Source: a virus
Lineage: Duplodnaviria; Caudoviricetes
Virus record (IMG/VR): IMGVR_UViG_3300048833_000741
Location: 1 to 30,493 of that record
Strand: one strand, 5' to 3'
DNA length: 30,493 bases
Below the pieces are notes generated by a model. That model was not told the origin of the DNA, did no database searches, and was given only the letters and a program-made list of their open reading frames with translations. Each line of letters begins with the position of its first letter. The stretch's first letter is position 1. Below are positions 1 to 7,393 of this stretch, one piece after another. The translations under genes were made by a program, and so were the position numbers.

Positions 1-1914
1 AGCCACCTTGGGACGCCCACCCTGATTGTGGAGAGTGGCGGCCGCACGCCCGAGGGTGCTGCCAAGCTGCATGTCTGGTGGAAACTGACCGAACCCGCCT
101 ATGGCGAGGATCTGGCCACCCTGTGCCGCCTGCGCGGAGACATCGCCGTCAAGGTCGGCGGCGACACCCACTTCCGCTCGGCGCACCAGCCGATCCGTGT
201 GGCAGGAACGGTCTATCACAAGCACGGTCACCAGCGGCTGGTGCAGATCCGCGACCACCATCAGATCGAGGTCGATCTGGCGGATTTCGCGGAAAGGGTG
301 GCCGACATGCCACCGCTGCCGGGCGTGGGCATGGCCAGTCCCCCGCTGTCCATAGCCAAGCCGGGCGTCGATGCAGTCCTGACCACCCCGGTGCGCGAGG
401 GCGCGGTGGATGACTGGTCAAGGTTTCAAGGGGCAAGCGCCGCCATCGGACACTACATCCGGCTGGTGCATGATGGGCGGCTTGACCCCACCGAGGGCTG
501 GGAAGCGATCTGCGGCTACAACGCTGCCATGCTGCGCCCCGGATGGCCGCTTGATCGGCTGCAGGCCGAAGCCGAACGCCTTTGGGCACTGCATGTAAAG
601 CGCAACGGCCCGCCGCTTATTCGCGTTGCCCGCCCCAACGCCCCCGTAGGCCCGCTGCCGACGTTCAGCCTTGGCGCGCTGCTCGATGATCGCAGCCCGA
701 TGCCCGACGACATCATCGCGCCGCGCGTCCTGACGCCAGGCGGGCTGTTGGTGCTCGGCGGCGCGCCCAAGGTCGGTAAAAGTGACTTCCTGATCTCGTG
801 GCTTGTCCACATGGCGGCGGGGGTGCCGTTTCTCGGCTTCACGCCGCCCCGGCCGCTACGGGTGTTCTATCTGCAGGCGGAGATCCAGTATCACTACCTG
901 CGCGAACGGATGCAGCAGATCAGCCTGTCGCCCGGGGTGATCGCGGCCGCACGCGACACCTTCATCGCCACCCCAAAACTGAAGCTGCTGCTGGATGCCG
1001 ACGGTGTTACCCGCATCGTCGAGGCCATCCGGGCCGCATTCCCCGATGCACCGCCCGACGTCATCGTCATCGATCCGATCCGCAACCTCTTCGACGGCGG
1101 CCCCGAAGGCGGCGGTGAAAACGACAACACTGCGATGATGTTCTTCCTTAAGGACCGGGTCGAGGTGCTGCGCGAAGCGGTCAATCCGGACGCCGGTGTC
1201 ATCCTCGCCCACCACACCCGCAAGGCGGCCAAGCATCAAGTCAAGGACGATCCCTTCCTCGCCCTGTCCGGCGCCAGTGCGCTGCGTGGCTTCTATACCT
1301 CGGGTTTGCTGATGCATCGGCCCGATGAGGATAGCACCCAGCGTCGCCTGGAAATCGAGTTGCGCAACGGCCCCGCACTGGCGGGCAAGCTGATCGACAA
1401 GGTGGCAGGTCGCTGGGTCGAGTTGAACCCGTTGAACGAGCGGCTGGTGCGCAAGGAAGTCGGGGCCAAGTTCGACGCCGAACGGCTGCGCAAGCATGAT
1501 GTCATCCTCGGCATGTTGCTCGATGAGGCGGCGGGTGAGCGGCTCTACACCGCCATGCAGTTTGCCGAGACCTTCGAGAACCGGGGTGGTCTGGGCAGCA
1601 AGCACACCATCCGCGAACGCCTCTCTGTGCTCGCCACCAAGGGCTTCGTGAAGTTCCTGCGTGACCCTTCGGGCTTTGGCTTTCCCGTCACCCGGTCGCG
1701 GTTTGGCTATCTCTGCGTGGAGGGCATGCAGTTCGGGTTGCCCGTCGAAGAGGTCGATCCGACCACGGGCGAGGTCACCACCGATGCCCGTCCGGTCCTG
1801 CCCAGCCACTTCAAATGCCCCCAGTCCGGCCTCAGCCTGCAGGTCGAAAATCCGGCTGTCTGGGTCTACCAGGACGGCCTCGAAGACGACCTAACTCATA
1901 TGAGTGAGGCCTGA
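1..1914 (+). CDS. Primase-helicase (RepB'-like primase N-terminus + AAA_25/RepA-like helicase), 5'-truncated
   Basis: Frame open from base 1; primase-like IVESGG..KLHVWW and IRVAGT; Walker A GGAPKVGKS, Walker B VIVID, LAHHTRK and LSGASAL typical of RepA/AAA_25 helicases. Confidence 0.88.
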   Translation, partial: SHLGTPTLIVESGGRTPEGAAKLHVWWKLTEPAYGEDLATLCRLRGDIAVKVGGDTHFRSAHQPIRVAGTVYHKHGHQRLVQIRDHHQIEVDLADFAERVADMPPLPGVGMASPPLSIAKPGVDAVLTTPVREGAVDDWSRFQGASAAIGHYIRLVHDGRLDPTEGWEAICGYNAAMLRPGWPLDRLQAEAERLWALHVKRNGPPLIRVARPNAPVGPLPTFSLGALLDDRSPMPDDIIAPRVLTPGGLLVLGGAPKVGKSDFLISWLVHMAAGVPFLGFTPPRPLRVFYLQAEIQYHYLRERMQQISLSPGVIAAARDTFIATPKLKLLLDADGVTRIVEAIRAAFPDAPPDVIVIDPIRNLFDGGPEGGGENDNTAMMFFLKDRVEVLREAVNPDAGVILAHHTRKAAKHQVKDDPFLALSGASALRGFYTSGLLMHRPDEDSTQRRLEIELRNGPALAGKLIDKVAGRWVELNPLNERLVRKEVGAKFDAERLRKHDVILGMLLDEAAGERLYTAMQFAETFENRGGLGSKHTIRERLSVLATKGFVKFLRDPSGFGFPVTRSRFGYLCVEGMQFGLPVEEVDPTTGEVTTDARPVLPSHFKCPQSGLSLQVENPAVWVYQDGLEDDLTHMSEA

Positions 1915-2110
1915 CTCATATGACAGCGCCAACTTTGCGCTCAATGAAATCAACGGGTTACGCGCAAATAAGAGTTAGGTCCCTAACTCATGCCCGAAGA
2001 CTTCATGAAGTCTTATTCCTAAACAAAATCAACGTGTTGACTCAGCTCGAACAGTTAGGTGCTGAACCCCCATACTACGTATGGGATGGCCCCACCCAAG
2101 GGTGGGCCAC
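1891..2110. repeat. Cluster of palindromes, hairpins and two IHF-consensus sites; putative replication origin
   Basis: ACTCATATGAGT 1894-1905; GAGTTAGG-TC-CCTAACTC 1972-1989; perfect 18-bp AAGACTTCATGAAGTCTT 1997-2014; WATCAANNNNTTR matches at 1948-1960 and 2027-2039; CCCATAC-tac-GTATGGG and CCCACCC-aa-GGGTGGG hairpins ~2069-2107; AT-richer than flanks. Origin function is inferred. Confidence 0.6.
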
Positions 2111-2253
2111 TCATCCCATGCGTAAGGGCTTGGCGCGTGGGCCGCCCTGATGCGTTCCCCATCCCCCGATCCGACGACGGCGGCCCGTACCGCCAAGCAC
2201 ATGACCGCCGTCGTCTTCCACCAGGACCAGCCCCCCAAGATAGGAGAGCCATC

Positions 2254-2793
2254 ATGGCTGCGACGACTCTGATCCCCAAATCCGACTGCGCAAGGTTTGA
2301 ATTGCAGCCCGTCACCAGTTCAAGCCACCGCTGCATCCTCGCCCTCGATCTGGGCACCACAACCGGCTGGGCCCTGCGCGGCCACGACGGTCTGATCACC
2401 AGCGGTACAGCGAGCTTCCGCCCCGGCCGCTTCGACGGCGGCGGCATGCGCTATCTGCGCTTCACCAACTGGCTGGGAGAACTGGACCGGCTGTCCGGTC
2501 CCATCGCCGCCATCTGGTTCGAGGAGGTCCGTCGCCATGTCGCGACCGACGCCGCCCATGTCTATGGCGGCCTCATGGCCACGCTGACCGCATGGGCTGA
2601 ATTGCGGGGCGTGCCTTACGAGGGGGTGCCGGTCGGCACGATCAAGCGCCACGCCACAGGCAAGGGCAATGCCGACAAGGATGCGATGATCGCCGCCGCC
2701 CGGGCGCGGGGCTTCAGTCCCGCTGACGACAACGAAGCCGATGCCATCGCGCTTCTGCTCTGGGCCATCGCAACGAACGGGGGTGTCGCATGA
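2254..2793 (+). CDS. RuvC-like Holliday junction resolvase (phage type)
   Basis: AGGAG RBS before ATG 2254; ILALDLGTTTGWA, WFEEV, IKRHATGKGNADK and DDNEADAIA match the RuvC acidic motifs. Confidence 0.88.
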   Translation: MAATTLIPKSDCARFELQPVTSSSHRCILALDLGTTTGWALRGHDGLITSGTASFRPGRFDGGGMRYLRFTNWLGELDRLSGPIAAIWFEEVRRHVATDAAHVYGGLMATLTAWAELRGVPYEGVPVGTIKRHATGKGNADKDAMIAAARARGFSPADDNEADAIALLLWAIATNGGVA

Positions 2794-2990
2794 GGTGGCA
2801 TCCCCACGGCTATGGCGGCCAGCGTCGCGACCCCGATCAGGTCAAGCGCGAGGGCTGGCACGAACAGGGCGTGCTGGCGGTGTCTGCCGACGATCAGCGG
2901 CTGACTTGGCCAGAACGCGAACTGGTCCGCCAACTTGGCGAGAAGCTTTACGGGCGACGCCCGATGGGCAAGGAGGTTCGGCATGGCTGA
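2790..2990 (+). CDS. Small hypothetical phage protein (66 aa)
   Basis: ATGA overlap with the upstream stop; overlaps the next gene's RBS and start. Confidence 0.75.
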   Translation: MRWHPHGYGGQRRDPDQVKREGWHEQGVLAVSADDQRLTWPERELVRQLGEKLYGRRPMGKEVRHG

Positions 2991-3363
2991 CCGCATCTGG
3001 ACGGCCGAGTGCGTGGCCGATCATTTCGAGGAGGCGTTCCGCACCCTGCGCAAGCTGCCACCCGTCAAGGCGCAAGGGTTCTTCAACGCCTGGCCGCAGA
3101 TCGTCCGCACCAGTCGCGAGATCGCCGCGATGGAGCCCGAGCCCATGCGGGTCTGGCCATCGGCCGCAGCCATCACCCGGCTGGAGCAGACCTCGGACTG
3201 GGTGCTCTGGATCGAGGAGGCCGAGCGCAAGCTCGTCTGGTCGCGCGCCGCCCGTGTGCCGTGGAAGCAGATCAGCGGTGAGATGGGCTGCGACCGCACC
3301 ACCGCATGGCGGCGCTGGCAGCTGGCGCTGACCAAGATCGCGGCGCGACTGAATGCCAAGTGA
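2983..3363 (+). CDS. DUF6362-like helix-turn-helix protein; candidate late-gene regulator
   Basis: AGGAGG RBS before ATG 2983; C-terminal sigma-region-4-like HTH (ERKLVWSRA..PWKQISGEMGCDRTTAWRRW); last gene before the late control region. Confidence 0.8.
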   Translation: MADRIWTAECVADHFEEAFRTLRKLPPVKAQGFFNAWPQIVRTSREIAAMEPEPMRVWPSAAAITRLEQTSDWVLWIEEAERKLVWSRAARVPWKQISGEMGCDRTTAWRRWQLALTKIAARLNAK

Positions 3364-3370
3364 CTCCAAT

Positions 3371-3431
3371 GTGTTGCAACACTTTTCCCTTCGACATCTG
3401 CAACATGTTCGTGCTATTCCGAAGGCAAGAT
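3371..3431 (+). promoter_or_regulatory. Putative late promoter with operator-like repeats
   Basis: TCGACA (3391-3396), 18-nt spacer, TGn-TATTCC (3412-3420); palindrome GTGTTGCAACAC 3371-3382; TGCAACA direct repeats at 3375 and 3399. Confidence 0.5.
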
Positions 3432-3472
3432 GGGGAGAGTGCGCCGAAGGGTTCGCTCTCCCCTTTGCTTTT
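3432..3472 (+). terminator. Rho-independent terminator
   Basis: GGGGAGAG (3432-3439)/CTCTCCCC (3456-3463) stem followed by TTTGCTTTT. Confidence 0.7.
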
Positions 3473-3497
3473 GGGCGGATGCGGCTGGATTTCGGGT

Positions 3498-3764
3498 TGG
3501 CTTCCGGGGTCCAGAGAGGGTCCAACCGGGGTCCATCCCGCTGATCCACTGATTTCTGGTTCCTTCCTGGCCATATTCGTATGCTGGCGGGCGAAGCGCG
3601 GCACATCGCTAGCGACAGGGCCGGATTTTTGGGAAGCCACCCGGAAGCCAGCACCGCCTGAATTCGCCTGAAACACTGCAAATTCAAACCCTTGAAGCTG
3701 GACACCCCCGGTGGCCACTGGACCCTGCGTGGAGTCCAGTCTGGACCCCAGAGTCCGGAAGCCA
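3498..3764 (+). other. Putative cos packaging site (cosQ/cosN-like core with flanking terminase-binding repeats)
   Basis: GGTTCCT (3558-3564)..TATGCTGGCGGGCGAAGCGCGG..TCGCTA resembles lambda GGGTCCT..TACGGGGCGGCGACCTCGCGG..TCGCTA; GGGTCCA and GGAAGCCA repeats in opposite orientations on the two sides; gpA-family terminase downstream. Confidence 0.65.
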
Positions 3765-3799
3765 GGGGTATCCCCCTTGATCCGAGGAATGACCCGCTG

Positions 3800-5140
3800 A
3801 TGACGCTGAGCTTCGCCCCCGAGCGGATCGAGATGTGGCCGCTGGCCAAGCTCCAGCCCTACGCCCGCAATGCCAAGGCGCATGGGGCGGACCAGGTCGC
3901 GAAGATCGCCGCCAGCATGGCTGAGTTCGGCTGGACCGTGCCCTGCCTCGTCGGAGAGGACGGCGAGTTGATCGCGGGCCATGGCCGGGTCCTGGCCGCC
4001 ACGAAGTTGGGTCTGACCGAAGCGCCGGTGATCGTGCTGGGCCATCTGACCGAGGCGCAGCGCCGGGCCTACCGGATCGCGGACAATAAGCTGACCGAGC
4101 TCGGCACTTGGGACGAGGCGCTGCTGTCGGCGGAACTGAACGACCTGCTGGCCGAGGATTTCGACCTGTCGTTGGTCGGGTTTTCCGATGGCGAACTGGA
4201 CAAGCTGCTGGCCTACGTCGCGGAAGACGACGGTGAAGAAGGTGGCGCCGGGGGCTCCGTGCCGCCGGTGACCATCCCCGAACCGCCACGCAACCCGGCG
4301 TCGCGCACCGGCGATCTTTGGATCCTCGGCGATCACCGGCTCCTTTGCGGCGACAGCACCAGTGCTGCTGATGTGCGCCGCCTGATGAACGGCGAGCGGG
4401 CGATCCTGTTTGCGACCGACCCGCCGTATCTTGTGGACTATGACGGCTCGAACCATCCGACCCGCAACAAGGACTGGTCGGCGTCCTACGGCACGACCTG
4501 GGATGACAGTTCACAGGGGGCCGAGCTTTACGACGGCTTCATCGCGGCTGCCGTTTCGGAAGCCATCGCTGAAAATGCCGCTTGGTATTGCTGGCACGCG
4601 TCACGCCGCCAGGCGATGCTGGAGGCTTGCTGGGAAAAGGCCGGGGCCTTCGTGCATCAGCAGATCATATGGGTGAAGGACCGCGGGGTTCTGACCCGGT
4701 CGCATTACCTGTGGAAGCACGAACCCTGTTTCATGGGCTGGCGTCGTCCGAACCGCCCGCCCAAAGTGGCCGAGGAAACCCTGCCATCGACATGGGCGCT
4801 GCCCAGCTTCGCCAAGGACGAACGGCCCGACCATCCCACGCCGAAGCCGCTCGATGCCTTCGGGATCCCGATGCGCCAGCATGTGGCGCGGGGCGGGCTT
4901 TGCTACGAGCCGTTCTGCGGTTCGGGTTCGCAGATCATGGCGGGCGAGGCCAACGGCCGCCGCGTGTTCGCGATGGAAATCAGCCCGGCCTACATCGATG
5001 TCGCCGTCGAACGCTGGCAGGCCGACACGGGACGCGACGCAATCCTCGACGGCGACGGTCGGACCTTCGCGCAGGCGAAAACCGAGCGGCTGGGGTATGC
5101 TCCGTCCGCGCCTGAAACCGATCCTGAAGTCGCCGCGTGA
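3800..5140 (+). CDS. ParB-like domain fused to an N6-adenine/N4-cytosine DNA methyltransferase (beta class)
   Basis: N-terminal PYARNAKAH..FGWTVP..LIAGHGR..YRIADNKL (ParB-like); TDPPY catalytic motif before HPTPKP and EPFCGSGS SAM motif; GAGG upstream of ATG 3800. Confidence 0.93.
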   Translation: MTLSFAPERIEMWPLAKLQPYARNAKAHGADQVAKIAASMAEFGWTVPCLVGEDGELIAGHGRVLAATKLGLTEAPVIVLGHLTEAQRRAYRIADNKLTELGTWDEALLSAELNDLLAEDFDLSLVGFSDGELDKLLAYVAEDDGEEGGAGGSVPPVTIPEPPRNPASRTGDLWILGDHRLLCGDSTSAADVRRLMNGERAILFATDPPYLVDYDGSNHPTRNKDWSASYGTTWDDSSQGAELYDGFIAAAVSEAIAENAAWYCWHASRRQAMLEACWEKAGAFVHQQIIWVKDRGVLTRSHYLWKHEPCFMGWRRPNRPPKVAEETLPSTWALPSFAKDERPDHPTPKPLDAFGIPMRQHVARGGLCYEPFCGSGSQIMAGEANGRRVFAMEISPAYIDVAVERWQADTGRDAILDGDGRTFAQAKTERLGYAPSAPETDPEVAA

Positions 5141-6336
5141 CATGCATGACCTGGCTTTACATCCCTCCGGACGCGCTTCCGGGACCGGAGATGCATCCCT
5201 CTTCGGCCTTTCCCTCTGCTCCGGCGCGGGCGGTCTCGACCTCGGACTCACCATCGCCCTTCCTGGATATCGTGCTGTGGGCCATGTCGAACGAGAAACC
5301 TTCGCCGCAGCCACTCTCGTGGCGCGGATGGAAGACGCGTCCCTGGATCAGGCTGTTGTCTGGGACGACGTTGGAACCTTCGACGGCCGCCCGTGGCGCG
5401 GCGCGGTGGATATCATCACTGCGGGCTATCCGTGCCAGCCATTCTCCGTCGCAGGCCGACGGCTCGGCAGCGAGGATCCACGCCATCTCTGGCCGCATGT
5501 CGCCCGCATCATCGCCGAGGTTGAACCGCCTTTCGTCTTCCTTGAAAATGTCGCCCATCATCTCCGCCTCGGCTTCCCCGAAGTCGCCAGCGGACTGGTC
5601 GGCATGGGCTACCGCCTTGCGGCAGGCCTCTTCACGGCGGCGGAAGTGGGTGCGCCCCACAAGCGCGAACGGCTGTTCATCCTTGCCATTCGTGAAGGGG
5701 ACGACCTGGCCGACCCCGCGCGCCTGCTCTGGCACCCGGTCGAGTGGCGGGAACCGGACGGAACTCCTGCGGCTGTGGCCGACGCCTCGGGCCAGCGCCA
5801 ACGAGAACCGGCAAACGAAGCCGACGCCGTCGCAGGAAGCGGGCCAGCATGGCATGAACCTTGCGACGACGGCAGCCTTATGGCCGACGCCGCAGACCGA
5901 CAGTTTCCGCAGCCGGGGTGGCGAACGGAAGGACGAGAAGGGTCTGGACCGAATGGCGCGCGACTGGCCGACGCCGATGGCAAACGACGGGTGCAAGCCG
6001 AGCGCGGGCAACCGGCGGACTGCGGACCTGACTCATGCGGCCGGAATGTGGATGACGCCGACAGCGCGGGACCACAAGGATGGAGCGACCACATTGGCGA
6101 ACACGCCGGTGAACGGTCTGCTTGGCCGCCAGGTCCTGGCGACGCCGATAGTTGGGAGCAATACCTGCGATGTGCGCCGGACCTTGAACCCGCTGTTCGT
6201 CGAGGCGCTGATGGGCTGGCCCACCGGGTGGACCGGCTTCGCCTCTGTGGCAACGGAGTGGTCCCGCTGGTTGCAGCGCATGCGCTGCGAACTTTGGCGG
6301 CTGAATTGCTGGCCGATGGTTGAGGTAGCGGGATGA
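5137..6336 (+). CDS. Overlapping +1-frame protein: putative methyltransferase beta polypeptide (WPTP repeats + motif IX)
   Basis: 399 sense codons fully overlapping alpha; GTG 5137 overlaps the upstream TGA (alternative ATG 5146); TGA overlaps the downstream ATG 6333; RRTLNPLFVEALMGWPTGWT (6175-6234) is motif-IX-like. True start uncertain. Confidence 0.75.
   Translation: MTCMTWLYIPPDALPGPEMHPSSAFPSAPARAVSTSDSPSPFLDIVLWAMSNEKPSPQPLSWRGWKTRPWIRLLSGTTLEPSTAARGAARWISSLRAIRASHSPSQADGSAARIHAISGRMSPASSPRLNRLSSSLKMSPIISASASPKSPADWSAWATALRQASSRRRKWVRPTSANGCSSLPFVKGTTWPTPRACSGTRSSGGNRTELLRLWPTPRASANENRQTKPTPSQEAGQHGMNLATTAALWPTPQTDSFRSRGGERKDEKGLDRMARDWPTPMANDGCKPSAGNRRTADLTHAAGMWMTPTARDHKDGATTLANTPVNGLLGRQVLATPIVGSNTCDVRRTLNPLFVEALMGWPTGWTGFASVATEWSRWLQRMRCELWRLNCWPMVEVAG
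5142..6323 (+). CDS. C5-cytosine DNA methyltransferase, alpha polypeptide (motifs I-VIII and X, no motif IX)
   Basis: LSLCSGAGG (I), AGYPCQPFS (IV, 5430), FLENV (VI, 5544), PHKRERLFI (VIII, 5655), RLRLCGNGVV (X, ~6249). Confidence 0.92.
   Translation: MHDLALHPSGRASGTGDASLFGLSLCSGAGGLDLGLTIALPGYRAVGHVERETFAAATLVARMEDASLDQAVVWDDVGTFDGRPWRGAVDIITAGYPCQPFSVAGRRLGSEDPRHLWPHVARIIAEVEPPFVFLENVAHHLRLGFPEVASGLVGMGYRLAAGLFTAAEVGAPHKRERLFILAIREGDDLADPARLLWHPVEWREPDGTPAAVADASGQRQREPANEADAVAGSGPAWHEPCDDGSLMADAADRQFPQPGWRTEGREGSGPNGARLADADGKRRVQAERGQPADCGPDSCGRNVDDADSAGPQGWSDHIGEHAGERSAWPPGPGDADSWEQYLRCAPDLEPAVRRGADGLAHRVDRLRLCGNGVVPLVAAHALRTLAAELLADG
5707..6147 (+). repeat. Six degenerate repeat units headed by TGGCCGACGCC (W-P-T-P)
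   Basis: Unit starts 5707, 5776, 5881, 5965, 6049, 6136; spacings 69/105/84/84/87 nt, all multiples of 3. Confidence 0.85.
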
Positions 6337-6566
6337 AGCAGTCGCGCGTCATGTCGCTGGTCGAGTCCCTAGCCAATGTGATCGTGGGCTACGGCGTCGC
6401 CGTCGTCACGCAGATCCTGATCTTCCCGATCTTCGGGCTGCACACGACGCTGGCCCAGAACCTGAAGATGGGCGCGGTGTTCACCGTGGTCAGTATCGCG
6501 CGGTCCTATGTACTGCGGCGGCTGTTCGAGGCAATCCGGGTTAGAGGCTGGAGGTTGCGGTCCTAG
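6333..6566 (+). CDS. Small membrane protein (two predicted TM helices), phage hypothetical
   Basis: GAGG RBS; hydrophobic segments VIVGYGVAVVTQILIFPIFG and MGAVFTVVSIA. Confidence 0.8.
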   Translation: MKQSRVMSLVESLANVIVGYGVAVVTQILIFPIFGLHTTLAQNLKMGAVFTVVSIARSYVLRRLFEAIRVRGWRLRS

Positions 6567-7393
6567 GCGATTGGCACACCACGCTGATTTGCTGCTTGCT
6601 CCAGTCTGGGCCGTGTGAATTCAGACACCGGCGTAACCATGTAGCCATTGGTCAAGTCACCGAGCATAGCTGAACAGGAGACTGGCCCGGCCCGCCACGC
6701 CAGACCGATCAGAGCGCAGAGGGCTGCGTCCAGCTTGTCCTGATCGGCCTTCCGAGGCTGAGAGAGCGCGTGCATACGGTCCGACCAGTCGGCGAGGCCA
6801 CTCACGTCGAAACCCTGTGCGGTAGTTTGGACTACGCGCGTCACGGACCGCCAGTCTTCCAGACGGAATTTCCTCCGGTTTTGCGGGTTGTACTTTGGCG
6901 CGCGTAAACGCTGAGAAAAGGCATCCTCGAACGCGGGGAGAGCAAGCGCCGGAAACACTTCGATCAGAAAATGTCCGGCAGGTGCCGTGCGCGCCTCGAT
7001 AGGATCTTGCGTCGCATTGAGATCCGAAAGGAAAGACCAAACGGGCGAGTCGTCACAGAACATGCCGATCTTGCTACGGTTGGCAGGCTGAACGCCTCCG
7101 CCGACAAATGAAACCAACGACCCGGCAACCTTGTCAACCGGACGACTTCCTGCGGAATTGGGCACGACCGTTGGTTGATCAAGTGCGACGAGGCTCACAG
7201 AAAAATCTTGACGGAGCGATCCGATGAAGGCACGCGCATCTGCAAATGAGACGAGACGAGGTTCATGAAACTCGACTTGGCCACGTTCATCAAACGCGAT
7301 GGCACAGATTGCTCCCGGCGCTTTTGCGGCATCTGTCCACGCTGAGTCGAAACCGAAGATGATCGTGCTGCTTTGCGGGTTCCGGTAATCCAT
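6563..7393 (-). CDS. DUF429-like predicted RNase H-fold nuclease (moron)
   Basis: GGAGG RBS; IFGFDSAW, LVALDQP, LIEVFPA and DKLDAALCA acidic motifs; AT-richer and antisense to the flanking late genes. Confidence 0.8.
   Translation of the reverse strand: MDYRNPQSSTIIFGFDSAWTDAAKAPGAICAIAFDERGQVEFHEPRLVSFADARAFIGSLRQDFSVSLVALDQPTVVPNSAGSRPVDKVAGSLVSFVGGGVQPANRSKIGMFCDDSPVWSFLSDLNATQDPIEARTAPAGHFLIEVFPALALPAFEDAFSQRLRAPKYNPQNRRKFRLEDWRSVTRVVQTTAQGFDVSGLADWSDRMHALSQPRKADQDKLDAALCALIGLAWRAGPVSCSAMLGDLTNGYMVTPVSEFTRPRLEQAANQRGVPIA

Noticed and set aside
1920-2253. 76-aa ORF 1920-2150 and the N-terminal extension of the resolvase from 2059
   Set aside because: They cross the palindrome cluster and have no RBS; ATG 2254 has a clear AGGAG
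3407-3421. Alphaproteobacterial LexA box (GTTC-N7-GTTC)
   Set aside because: Second half-site and spacing do not match
3692-3799. Upstream TTG start of the ParB-MTase
   Set aside because: Runs through the cos repeats; the ParB-like sequence begins at ATG 3800
4854-5141. 96-codon N-terminal extension of the C5 MTase
   Set aside because: Overlaps the adenine MTase and has no motifs; ATG 5142 follows the upstream stop
5707-6147. Repeat-spacer pattern as a CRISPR array or DGR
   Set aside because: Repeats are only ~11 bp, degenerate and codon-phased; no cas or reverse transcriptase gene and no TR/VR pair seen
3800-7393. Restriction-modification system made of the MTases plus the DUF429 nuclease
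   Set aside because: The nuclease is antisense and compositionally foreign, and shows no PD-(D/E)xK or HNH motif
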